Shown: piece after piece, positions 1-18,334 of the stretch
How positions within the stretch are numbered: the stretch's first letter is position 1
Layout of the letters: each line of letters starts with the position of its first letter
Assembly (NCBI RefSeq): GCF_009914755.1
Contig: NC_060947.1
DNA from: the human T2T-CHM13v2.0 reference genome, Homo sapiens
Strand: one strand, 5' to 3'
DNA: 64,000 bases
The notes under the pieces: generated by a model
The model's input: the letters and a program-made list of their open reading frames with translations, nothing else
What the model was told of the DNA's origin: nothing
The model's database searches: none
Position numbers and translations under genes: made by a program

Positions 1-210
1 AGTTAGTGTTATAATATTCTGTGTTTTTCTGTGTGCTAACTATTATCCAGTGAGTTTTATACCTTCAGATGATCTTTTATTGCTCATTAACATCTTTTTC
101 TTTTTTATTTACATACTTGCTTTAGCATTTCTTGTAGTCTGGTGTTGATGGGATCCCTCAGGTTTTGTCTGTCTGGGAAAGTCTATTTCTCCTTTATGTT
201 TGAAGGATAT
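1..210 (-). mobile_element. LINE-1 fragment (ORF1 3' end/inter-ORF region); host of the THE1 insertion
   Basis: Antisense L1 ORF1-like text (tttgtctgtctgggaaagtctatttctcctttatgtttgaaggatat) that resumes seamlessly at 2548. Confidence 0.85.
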
Positions 211-2547
211 TGTATTGGTCCATTTTCACATTGCTATAAAAATACTACCTGAGACTGGTTAATTTATAACAAAAAGAGGTTTAATTGACTCACAGTTTCA
301 CATGACTGGGGAGGCCTCAGGAAACTTAGAATTATGGCAGAAGGTAAAGAGGAAGCAAAGACCTTTTTCATATGGTGGCAGGAGAGAGAAGTGCAAGCAT
401 GGGAAATGCAGGATGCTTATAAAACCATCAGATCTTGTGAGAACTCACTCACTATCATGAGAACAACATAGAGCAAACTGTACCCATGATCCAATCACCT
501 CCAACCAGGTCTTTTTCTCAACATTTGGGTATTACATTTCAAGGTGAGATTTGGGTGGGGACACAAAGTCTAACAATATCATTCTGCCTCTGGACCCTCC
601 CGAATCTCATGTCCATTTCACACTTCAAAACCAATCATGCCTTCCCAACAGTACACCAAAATCTTAATTCATTCCAGCATTAACCCAAAAGTCCAATTCT
701 AAAGTTTCATCTGAGACAAGGCAAGTTTCTCCTACCTAGGAGCTTGCAAAATCAAAAGCAAGTTAGTTACTTTCAAGATACAATGGGGGTAGAGGGATGA
801 TATAAATGCTCCTGTTCCAAATGGGAGACACTAGCGAAAACAAAGAGGCTACAGAATGCACACAACTCCAAAATCCAGTGGGGCAGTCATTACATCTTAA
901 AGCTCCAGAATAATCTGCTTTGACTTCATGTTTCACACCCAGGTAATACTGACACAAGAGGTTGGCCCCCACGGCCTTGGGCAGCTCTGCTCCTGTGGCT
1001 TTGGAGGGCGCAGCCCCCCTTCCCTGGCTGCTTTCATGGCTGGCATTGAGTGTCTGTGGCTTTTCTAGGTGCATGGTGCAAACTATCAGTGGATATACCA
1101 TTACAGGGTCTGGAGAATGGTGACCCTCTTCTCACAGCTCCACTAGGTCATGCCCTATTGTGGACTTGATGTGGGGCCCCCAATCTCACATTTCTCCTTT
1201 GCACTTCCCTAGCAGAGTTTATTCTTGAAGGCTCTGCCCCTGAAGCACACCTCCACCTGGACATTCAGGCATTTCCATCCATCCTCTGAAATCTAGTTAG
1301 AGATTCCCAAAACTCAATACTTGAATTTTGTGCACCCCCACAGGCACAACACCACACAGAAGCTGCCAAGGCTTGGGACTTGCACCCTCTGAAGCAATGG
1401 CCTGAGCTGGAGTGGCTTGAAGGGCATTAAGTCCCAAGACTGCACACAGCAGTGTCCCCTGAACCCAGCCCATGAAATCAATTTTCCCTCCTGGGTCTCT
1501 GGGCCTGTGATGGGAGGGGCTGCTGTGAAGATCTCTGACATGCCCTGGAGACATTTTTTTCACTGCCTTGGCAATAACATTTAGCTCTTCATTACTTATG
1601 CAAATTTCTGCAGCTAGCTTAAATTTTACCCAAGAAAATGGGTTCTTCTTTTCTATCACATTATCGGGCTGCAAATTTTCCAGTTTCATGCTCTGCTTCA
1701 TTTATAAACATAAGTTCCAATTTCAAACCACCTCTTTTTGAACATATGTATGTGAATGCTTTTGGAATAATCCAGGTCATGTCTTGAATACTTTGCTGCA
1801 TAGAAATTTCTCCTGCCAGATACCCTAAATTATCCCTCTCAAGTTCAAATTTCCATAGATCTCTAGTGCAAGAGCAAAATGCCACCAGTCATTTTTCTTA
1901 AACATAGCATGAGTGACCTTTACTCTAGTTCTCAATAAATTTCTCATCTCCATATGAGACCACCTCAGCCTGGACTTCATTGTTCACATCACTATCAGCA
2001 TTTTGGTCCAAACCATTCAACAAGTCTCTAGGAAGCTCCAAACCTTCTCACGTCTTCCTGTCTTCCTCTGAGCTCTCTAAACTGTTCCAGACTCTGTCTG
2101 TTACCCAGTTCCAAAGTCTCTTCCACATTTTCAAGTATCTTAATGGCAGTACCCCACTCTCTGTTGCGACAATTTACTGTTTTAGTCTGTTTTCACACTG
2201 CTATAAATATATTATCTGAGACTGGGTAATTTATAAAGAAAAGAGGTTTAATAGACTAACAGTTCTGCATGACTGGGGAGGCCTCAGAAATGTTACAATT
2301 ATGGTGGAAGGTGAAGGGGAAGCAAGGACCTTTTTCACATGGTGGCAGGAGAGAGAAGTACAAGCAGAGGAGATGCCAGATGCTTATAAAACCATCAGAT
2401 TTCCTGAAAACTCACTCATTATCATGAGAACAGCATGGGGGAAACTGCCTCCATGATCCAATCCCCTACCAACAGGTCTTTCTCTCAACACTTCTGGATT
2501 ACAATTCAAGATGAGATTTGGGTGAGAACACAAAGCCTACCATATCA
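211..2547 (-). mobile_element. Complete ERVL-MaLR element (THE1D/MST-like): LTR 211-581, internal 582-2177, LTR 2178-2547
   Basis: Two ~370-bp homologous LTRs with TG...CA ends. Perfect 5-bp TSD GATAT at 206-210 and 2548-2552. Typical THE1 internal sequence between them. Confidence 0.95.
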
Positions 2548-5297
2548 GATATTATCACTAGATATACTATTCTCAGGTAAAAATTATTTTTTTCAGTACT
2601 TTAAATATGTCCTGCCAGTGTTTCCTAACCTGTAAGTTTTCCACTGAGAAGTCTGTTGTCAGATGTATTTTACCTCCATTGTATGTTATTGTTTATTGCA
2701 TTTTGCTGCTTTTAAAATCTTTTCCTTATTCTTGACTTTTAGGAGTTCAATTATTAAATGCTTTGAGGTAGTCTTTTTGTGTTAAATCTACTTGATGTTC
2801 TATAACCTTATACTTGGATGTTTATATCTTTATTAAGACTTGGGACATTCTCTGTTGTTATCCCTTTAACTAAACTTTTTACCCCCATTTCTCTCTCTAT
2901 GTTATCTTTAAATCCAATAAATTTCAGATTTGTCCTTTTCAGGCTATTTTCTAGATTCTGTAGGAAAGCTTCATTTTTTTAATTGTATTTTTTGTCTTTT
3001 CTGACTGCCTTTTCAAATAGCCTGTCTTTAAGCTCACTAATTCTGTCTTATGCTTGATCAATTCCACTATTACGAGACTCTTATGCATTCTTTCTATATG
3101 TGAGTAGCCTATTTCAACCCTAGGATTTCTGCTTGATTAGTTATTTCATTTTCTTTGTTAAATTTATCTGATATAATTCTGAATTTCTTCTCTGTTACCT
3201 TAAAATTCTTTGTATTTTCTCAACACAACAATTTTGAGTTTTCTTTCTGAAAAGTCACATATCTCCCTTTCTCCAGGATTGGTATCTTCTTTCTTATTCA
3301 GTTCATTTTGTAAGGTCACGTTTTCATGGATGTTTATAATATTTGGGGATGTTTATTTTCTTCTGGATATTGAAGAGAGGTGTTTATCTTACTCTTTCCA
3401 TTCTGGGATTACTTGTACTCATTTTTCTTGGAAAGGCTTTCCAGGTATTCAAAATGACTTGGATGTTGTGATCTTAGCTCTGGTTAAATTAGGAGACACT
3501 CCAAGCACACTAACACTGTGGTTCTTGCGGACTTGTAGAGGTACCACCTTGGTGGTCTTGGATGAGTTCTGGAAGTGTTCTATGGATTACCAGGCAGAGA
3601 CTTGTTTTCTTTCCTTACTTTCTTCCAAACAAATGGAGTCTCTCTCTTTATACTGAGCTACTTGGAGCTGGGGATGCTAAATCCAATAAAGTCCAATAAC
3701 ACAAGTGGCCTTGCGGCCACCACACTAGGACTGTTCTATCAGACCTGAATCCAGAACAGCACTGGGTCACACCCAAGGTCCTCTTTGACTGCTATCGAGC
3801 TACTGCCTATGTCTGCTCAAGGTCCTGGGGCTGTACAATCAGCAGGTGGTAAAATCAGCCAAGTTTGTTTTTCCCTTCAGGGCAGCAAGTTCTCTCAGGC
3901 TCCAAGTGAGCCTAGAGATACTATCTGGGAGCCAGAGATTGGAGTCAAATCTCTTGGTGCTCTACTGTATTGCAGCTGTGCTAGCACTCAAATTATGAGT
4001 TGCAGTCCTTCCCACTCTTATTTTCTCTTCCAACATGCAGAGGAACCTCACTTCATGGCCACCACCACCACAGGCCCATGGGTAGTACTGCCAGGCTGCT
4101 GCAGATGTTCACTTAGGGCCTAAGGGCTCTTAAGTCAACTTGAGTTGAATGTTTTTTGGCCTGAGTCCTGCACTCCAGGGCAGTGGGCTCCCCTCTGGCC
4201 CAGGGAAGGTCCAGGAATGCCATCTAAGACCCAAGGCCTGGAATTGGGACCACAAGAGCCCCCTTGATTCTCTACACTCCTGTGGTCAACCTGGTACATA
4301 AGATGCCCTACAAAGACTCCTTTACTTTCCCATCTGCTTTCCTCAAAGCCCACAGTATACTATTTGGGTATTACTACTGATTATTCAGGGTCCTAGCATG
4401 ATGAGTCATCAGGTGATGAGTCCTGCCAGGACTGGGTCTTTTCCTTCAAGGCAATAGGTTTACTTCTGTCCCAGATTGCCTTAAGAAAGGTCATCTGAGA
4501 TATATGGCCTGAAAGAGTAACCCTCATGGTTCTGACTGGGGTCATATTCTATTGAGCCTTAGCTGGTATTGAATATGCAAGACCAAGTCCTCCCCACTCT
4601 TCCCTCTCCTCTTCTCAGGTGGAAGTAAGGGGTCTCTTTTGGAGCCATGAACTGTGCAGCATGAAGTTTGGGGAGGGATGATGCAAGCACCCCCTTAGTC
4701 ACCCAGGCTGTTTTCTCAGTAGGTCACATGCCTTTCAACTCCATTTGCTCTGAGCTCAGTTCATCACTAGGACTCACCTATGAGTTGCCGCCCTGGTTGC
4801 CTGGACTGCCTTTCAAGCTTATTTTTGTTAAAAGAGTGCTTTATTCTATGGTATAAGGCTTGCCAGAACTCAAGTTCTGACCACTGGGATGGGCAATTTC
4901 CCTCTGGCTCTAAATGCTCCATTGGTGGGTGGGTTTCAGCGAGTTCAACCCAGTTTTGCTTTCTGCTGTGACAGGGTTGCACTGATTTTACTCAAATGTC
5001 TCACAATTGTTGTGCTCTCCCTCTCCTGAGAACACAGATTTATTCTCCACTCCACGTGGCCACTGTCAGAGGATAGAGGAGGTGTGGCATCAGTGATTCA
5101 AGACTGTATTTTCTGCCATCTTTCAGTGCCTCTTTCAACAATATGGAGCTAAAGCCATGTACCGTGATTGCTCACCTGATTTTTAGTTCCTATGAAGATG
5201 CTTTGTGTGTAAGTATGTGCAGACAGAGTTATTAAATTGGTGTTCTTGCAGGGGGGACAATCGGTGGAGCCTTCTATTTGGCCATCTTGTTCCACTC
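2548..5297 (-). mobile_element. LINE-1 5' half (decayed ORF1 plus ~1.9-kb 5'UTR), L1MA/L1PB age
   Basis: Ends with gccatcttg (5281-5289), the reverse complement of the L1 5' YY1 motif CAAGATGGC. The 5'UTR is homologous to 56860-58797. Confidence 0.85.
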
Positions 5298-5299
5298 AT

Positions 5300-6140
5300 C
5301 TTGTTTTTATTTCTTGTGGGTACATACCTAGTAGTAAAATTGATGGACCATATGTAACTTTATATTAAATATTTGAGGAAGTGCCAGACTGTTTTTTATA
5401 GTGGCTCTGCTATTTTACATTTCTTCCAGCAGTGTATGTGTGCTCCAAACTTTCCACGTTGTTGACAACACTTATTATTGTTTTCTTTTTTTATTATTGT
5501 TTTCCCTTTTTTTATTATAGCCATGTGCTATAAATATGCTCATTGACTATGTTAATTTTTTTGATAAATATTTATTTAATTCCTTTGTCTATTTAAAAAT
5601 ACTGTGTTATTTGGCTTTTTACTGTCAAGTGTTAAGAGGCTTTTATGTATTTTATATACAAATTCCTTACCAAAATTATGCTTTCAAAACATTTTCTCTC
5701 ATTCTTTGGGTTGTTTTTCACTTTTATTATGATATTTTTGAAGCATATAAACTTTTTATTTCTGATAAAGTCCAATTTATTAATAGTTTGCTGTGTGTGC
5801 TTTGAAGTCATACTGCATTTTCACTAAAGGTCATAAAGATTTATTCCTGTGTTGCTGTTTTCTAAAAATTTTGTATATTTAACTTTAACATTTAATTTAA
5901 ATATTAAGTTTAAATTAAATTAAATTTAATTTAAATTTGAATTCTGAATTATGTAAATTATGTATTTAAATATGTATTTTGATCTAAGAACATAAAATGT
6001 GGTTGTGTTTTTATCTTTAAGTTTTTGATGTTTTGTAACTTTTAGTCTGTAAGTCTTACACATGTAAATTCATTTCTATGTAGTTTATTACATTTTATGC
6101 TATTTTTAAAAATTGTTATTTTATTCTAATTTTTGGATTG
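5300..6140 (-). mobile_element. Old L1M ORF2 3' fragment
   Basis: Degenerate antisense L1 text (tacatacctagtagtaaaattgatggaccatatg; ttgaggaagtgccagactgttttt). Confidence 0.7.
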
Positions 6141-8278
6141 TTCATGATTCAATTATCTCCAACCAAGTACCTCTCAGAACACGTGAAAATTATGGGAGCT
6201 ACAATTAAAGAAGAAATCTGGGTGGGGACACAGCCAAACCATATAATTCCACCCCTGGCCCATCCCAAATCTCATGTCCTCCCATTTTCAAACCAATCAT
6301 GCCTTCCCAACAGTCCCCCAAGACTTAACTCATTTTAATATTAACTCATAGCCCACAGTCCAAAGTCTCACCTGAGACAAGGCAAGTTCCTTCAACCTAG
6401 GAGCCTGTAAAATCAAAAGTAAGTTAGTTGCTTCCAAGATACAATGGGGGATGGGGGTACAGGCATTGGATAAATGCTCCCATTCCAAATGGAAGAAATT
6501 TGCCAAAACAAAGGGGCTACAGGCCCCATGCAATCCAAAATCCAGAAGGGCAGTCAAATCTTAAAACTCCAAAAAGATCTACTTTGACTCTATGTTTCCT
6601 ATCTAGGTCACACTAATGCAAGATGGGGGTTCCCACAGTATTGGACAGCTCTGCCCCTGTAGCTTTACAGGGTACAGCCTCCCTTCCAGCTGCTTTCACA
6701 AGCTGGTGTTGATTGTCTACAGCTTTTCCAGGTGCACAGTGCAAGCTGGTCAATGTATCTATCATTCTTGGAGGGTACAGCCCCATTCCCTGGCTGCTTT
6801 CACAGCTGGCATTGAGTGTCTGTGGCTTTTCTAAGTGCATGGTGCAAACTGTCAGTGGATCTACCATTCTGGAGTCTGGAGAATGTTTGCCCTCTTCTCA
6901 CAGCTCCACTAGGCAGTGTCCCAGTGGGGACTCTGTGTGGGGCCTCCAGTCTCACATTTCCCCTTTGCACTGCCCTAGCAGATGTTCTCCATGAGGGTCC
7001 CACCCCTGCACAAAACACCTGTCTGGACATCCAGGCAATTTCATACATCCTCTGAAATCTAGGCAAAGGTTCCCAAACCTCAATTCTTGACTTCTGTGCA
7101 CTGGCAGTCTCAAAACCATGTGGAAGCTTCCAAGGTTTGGGGCTTGCACCCTCTGAAGCCACAACCTGAGTTGCATCTTGGCCTCAAGTTGCTGGGACTC
7201 AAGGCATCAAGTCCCTAGGCTGCACACAACAGGAGAGTTCTTCCCCTGCCCACAAAACCTTTTTTTTTTCTCCCAGACCTTTGGGCCTGTGATGGGAGGG
7301 GCTATTGAAAAGGTCTCTGACATGCCCTGGAGATATTTTCACCATTGTCTTGGCGATTAGCATTTGGCTCCTCATTACTTATGCAAATTTCTGCAGCCTA
7401 CTTGAATTTCTCCTCAGAAAATGGGTATTTCTTTTCTATCACATCACCAGGCTGCAAATTTTCTGAAATTTTATGCTCTGTTTCCTTTTTAAAGCTGAAT
7501 GCTTTTAACAGCACCAAAGTTACCCTTTGAATGCTTTGATGCTTAGAAATTTCTTTTGCAAAATACCCTAAATCATCTCCCTCAAGTTCAAAGTGTCCCA
7601 AATTTCTAGGGCAAGGGCAAAATGCCACCAATATCTTTGCTAAAATATAGCAAGAATCTCCTTTACTCCAGTTCTTAACAAGTTCCTCATCTCCATCAAA
7701 GACAACCTCAGCCTGGATTTTATTGTTTATATCACTATCAGCATTTTTGTCAAAGCCATTCAACAAGTCTCTAGGAAGTTCCAAACTTTCGCACATTTTC
7801 CTGTCTTCTTCTGAGTTCTCCAAACGGTTCCAACCTCTGCCTGTTACCTGGTTCCAAAGTCGCTTCCACATTTTCAGGTATCTTTACAGTAGTGCCCCAC
7901 TCCTGGTACCAGTTGACTGAATAAGTCTGTTTTCATGCTGCTAATAAATTCATATATGAGACTGTGTAATTTATAAAGAAAAAGGTTAAATGGACTCACA
8001 ATTTCATGCAGTTGGGGAGACCTCACAATCATGGCAGAAGGTGAAAGGGACATCTTACATGGCAGCAGGCAAGAGAGAGAATGAGAGGCAAGTGAAAGGG
8101 GTTTCTATTTATAAAACCATCAGATCTCATGAAACTTATTCACTACCACGAGATCAGCATGGGGAAACTGGCCCCATGATTCAATTATTTTTCACCAGGT
8201 CCCTTCCACAGCATGTGGGAATTATGAGACCTACAATTGAAGATGAGATTTGAGTGGGAACACAGCCAAATCATATTA
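6141..8278 (-). mobile_element. THE1C-like MaLR element: truncated LTR 6141-6246, internal ~6247-7917, full LTR ~7918-8278
   Basis: LTR text matches THE1C (gagagaatgagaggcaagtgaaaggggtttctatttataaaaccatcagatctc; gacacagccaaaccatat). Internal region is homologous to 582-2177. Confidence 0.9.
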
Positions 8279-9265
8279 TATGGCATATTATGCTAACTGA
8301 TTTTCAAATGTTTAACCAACTTTGCGTTTGTGGGATAAATTCTGGTTTGTCATGGCATGAGATCCTTTTTATATGTTGCAGGATTCATTTATCTAGTATG
8401 AAGTTCAGCATTTTAATGTCTATATTAAGAGGAGATATTGTTCTGTAGTTTTTTAGTAATGTTTTTGTGTGGTTTTTGTTTCCAGGTAATACTGGTCTCA
8501 CAGATAGGCTAAGAAGTATTTTTTGATTCTCTATTTTTTGAAATTTTGTGAAAGATTGGTATGCAATATTTAATGTTTTGTAGAATTTACCAGTAATGTC
8601 ATCTGATTTGGCTTTTAATTGTGAGTTTTTTCTTATACTAATTCACTCCCTTTACTTGTTATAGATTTACTGAGATTTTCTATTAATTCTTGGGTCAATT
8701 TTGGTAGTTTGTACCTTTCTAACAACTGTCAGTTCCAGGTAATTTATCTAACTTTTTTGCAAGCCATTGTTTATACTATTCTCTTATAGTTCTTTTTATT
8801 TCTGTTTGGTTATTGGTGATGTTTCTTATTTTATTCCTTATTTTAGTAGTTTTTTTATCCATTTTTTTCCTCAGTCTAACAAAGATTGTGTCAATTTTGT
8901 TGTCTTTTTTCAAAGATAATGCTTTTGATTTTATTAACCTTCTCTTTTTTTGTATTATCCATTTTATTTGTTCCCATTCTAATCTTCTGCTTTTTAAATT
9001 TGGTTTGATATCTTTTGAGTTTCTTAAGACGAAAGGTTAAATTGTTCATTTCAAACATTTACTCTTTTAAAATATAGATGTAGCTATAAATTTTCCTCTA
9101 AGGATTACTTTTTTTCTTTCTGGTCTTCAGATTGCATAATATATATCTTCAAGTTAGATAATTCTTTTATTCTGCTTACTCCAATCTACTGTTGAGCACT
9201 GCTAGTGAATTTTTTTATTTTGGTTACTGTGTTTATCAATTCTAGAGTTTTATTCAGTTCATTTT
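8279..9265 (-). mobile_element. Old L1M fragments (ORF2, then ORF1-like)
   Basis: T-rich antisense L1 text (gggataaattctggtttgtcatggc; tagaatttaccagtaatgtcatctg). Confidence 0.65.
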
Positions 9266-9269
9266 AAAA

Positions 9270-15310
<6,041 letters not shown>

Positions 15311-15844
15311 TGAATTTTGTATTCTATTTATTCTACTTCTAAACTATATAAATCTTTAAATAAAACATTTAAATATTTTTTGTGTTGATATTTTCTACAT
15401 GAGACATTGTCACCATAATTTCCTTTCATTTTAAGCATATTTTTAGTGAGTTATTTAGATACACTTATTACAGCTTTTTTGATTTTTTAATCTACTATGT
15501 CTGTCATCTAAGCACATTCAAAGAAAATTATATTGCTTTCGTTTTTGTGTACAAGACGCTATTTTTAACAATGTTTTTGTGTGTCATTGTTTTTTGTTGT
15601 TTAGACATGGACATATGAGATAGTATATTTAACCGGTTCTAGACACTAACCCTATTTTCTCTTTCCCTCAACCTCAGTGGTTGGTGGTGTTGTGTGTTTG
15701 TTTAGTGACTTAGCTTTTGAGCCAGTCACATGTATATTTTTTCCGTTGGATGTGTGTTGTTGCCCAGAGTCCTCTATTACAGTTCACAAAGTAAGCAAAG
15801 TAATGTAGGAGAAATATTTTGGGTCCCAATGTTTGCAGCCTACT

Positions 15845-16567
15845 TGCTACAGTTTGGATTTTTGTCACACTAAACTTCATATTAAAATTTGATCCCTAAC
15901 ATTGAGGGTGGAGTCTAATGAGAGGTGCTTGGGTGATGGGAGTGGATCCCTCATTAATAGATTAAGGCCCTCCCTAGGGGGGTATGAGTAAGTTCTCACT
16001 CTATGATTTTCTTATTTTTTTATTATTATACTTTAAGTTCTAGGGTACATGTGCACAACATGCAGGTTTGTTACATATGTATACATGTGCCATGCTGGTG
16101 TGCTGCACCCATTAACTCGTCTTTTACATTAGGTATATCTCCTAATGCTGTGCCTTCCCCCTCCCTGCACCCCACGACAAGCCCCAGTGTGTGATGTTCC
16201 CCTTCCTGTGTCCAAGTATTCTCATTGTTCAATTCCCACCTATGAGTGAGAACATGCAGTATTTGGTTTTCTGTCCTTGCGATAGTTTGCTGATAATGAT
16301 GGTTTCCAGCTTCATCCATGTCCCTATAAGAGCTGGTTGTTAAAATGAGCTTTGAATTTTCTCCTCCACTTGCTTCCTCTCTTACCATGAGTTCTATGCG
16401 CGTGCCAGCTCTGTTTTACCTTTCAGCATAAGTGAAAGAAACCTGAGGCCCTCACCAGATGCCCAATCTTTTATACAGCAGAATTATATAAAAATATAAA
16501 TATTTTTTCTCTATAAATTCCCCAGCTTCAGGTATTTCTTTATGGCAACACTAACTGGACTAAGACA
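15845..16567 (+). mobile_element. Solo MST-family MaLR LTR, interrupted by an L1 3' fragment
   Basis: TG...CA ends (tgctacagtttgga ... ggactaagaca). Perfect TSD CTACT at 15840-15844 and 16568-16572. Confidence 0.88.
16006..16328 (-). mobile_element. 5'-truncated young L1PA 3' end (~320 bp)
   Basis: ttattatactttaagttctagggtacatgtgcacaacatgcagg is the reverse complement of the L1PA 3'UTR and tail. Confidence 0.92.
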
Positions 16568-18334
16568 CTACTGCACCAAGGATAGATGTTTCATTTTATA
16601 AGTAAAGACTGGATGGGAGAAGAGAGACCTGATTCCCTTAACCACGTTTAACAGATTATTGGTGACACAGGGCTTCGGGGAGGCTGAGAAATGCTAATGA
16701 TGGCCTGCCCCTTCCAGTGTGAAACTACAGTCTCATACTGGAAACTCAGAAGAGAGAGAAGTCCCACCTTCTTGACAGCACATACTCAGAGTAGAGTGAC
16801 CAAGGTATATCTTCTGTAAAACACAGATAGGATGGAGAAATGGAGGTGGATGGGTTAATAACAGGTTTTTGATCAAATGCTAGATGTTTGGTCTTAGGAA
16901 ATTTAGTAAATTTCTTTGAATGCACATTTCTCCATTTCCTTTTTGTTCTCAGGACTATTTCCAAAGACTTTATATGATAGATTTTTAAAAAAGTATTTTC
17001 ACTTGTTAAATTATTGTTTTGCTGGGGAGAGGGCATACAACTCCTCACTACATCATTCCAGAAGCCCTCTTAAACAATATACAAACAGTTTATTTTGTAA
17101 AATATATTTTTATACTTTTCTACGGGCATTTCTGCAAACCTCTCTTGAACACCCTAATGCTGATTTTACTATACAAGTAAAATAGCTTGTTAAACTTTAT
17201 ATAAAGTCAATACATACACAATATATTATTTTAATGGACTTGCTTTTTTTACACAACGTTGTTATTATTATTTGTTCATGTTGTTGCACATAACTAGTAC
17301 ATTAATTTTCAGAGTTGTTCATGTAAAAATCAAATACATATCTCTGATATTTAGTGCAATTAAACTCCTTAATATTTGCCACCTGAAACAATTGAAAATA
17401 AACAATATGTCCTTTCTTTGTGTTCTTTATTTGATGGACAAGCCTTTACCACAACATGAATGAGATGACTTCTGAAGAACCCTGAGTTATTTACATAATC
17501 TATTGAACTTAGAAGATAAGTCTAAAATTTGTTGCATAATTTCTACTTTTTAGTGCCACATGAGCAATTTTCCACTCCATGCCCGCTTCCTTTTGTAAAA
17601 TGTCTGCTGTCTACAACCATTACTTAAGCAAACCACTACTGTGAGATATTGACATATAAGACTTTTTGCCTTCTTGTGGAAAATAACTTACTAGTGCTTC
17701 CTCCTTGCTTCCTATTTCCAACAGAACCTAGCTCTTTGAAAGCTGACCAATAATCGTTTTAGGCTGGGATTTACCAGTACATCCTGGCATTTCTGCAGAC
17801 TTCTCTCAAACACCCTAATGTTGATTTTTATTTGAGTTCCTAATTCTAATTTTACAGTTTGTAAGAAAGAACTTAGAAGTGTACTTGTTGATTTTTTTTT
17901 AAGTTAAGATACCATATAAACTGATTTTGAGCATATTCCTCCAATTTCTCCAATTTTCTTCTTTTAAATGTGAATTACAATCCTCACTTAAAACAACAGT
18001 GAGCAATACAACAAAACTAAACCTTTCAATACTCCTCTTCCCACATAGATATCAATTCAAACAACTATTCACACGTGAAAATACCTCCACAAGAACTAAG
18101 AAAACCAGGTGAAAGAATATAGTATCTATGTATAGCACAGAAATAAGAAAAGATGCATTGAAGAAGGTATGAATCTTAGTTTTACACTGCACACATCATC
18201 CTTCTGCAAATTCCAGGCAACACAACATTGAGAGAGACACCATTTGCTTAGGAGGACTGCCTCAAACCTGCAAACTCAGTATAACCTGGGACTATGCATA
18301 CCTATACAGCCCCAGACTCGGGGCTGTCACCATC

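Noticed and set aside
5909-5935. 13-bp-arm AT-only palindrome tttaaattaaatt-a-aatttaatttaaa
   Set aside because: Low-complexity (TTAAA)n-type sequence in which such symmetry arises easily.
7398-7871. 157-aa minus-strand ORF (also 1297-1701)
   Set aside because: Fragments of the decayed MaLR internal ORF, broken differently in each copy.
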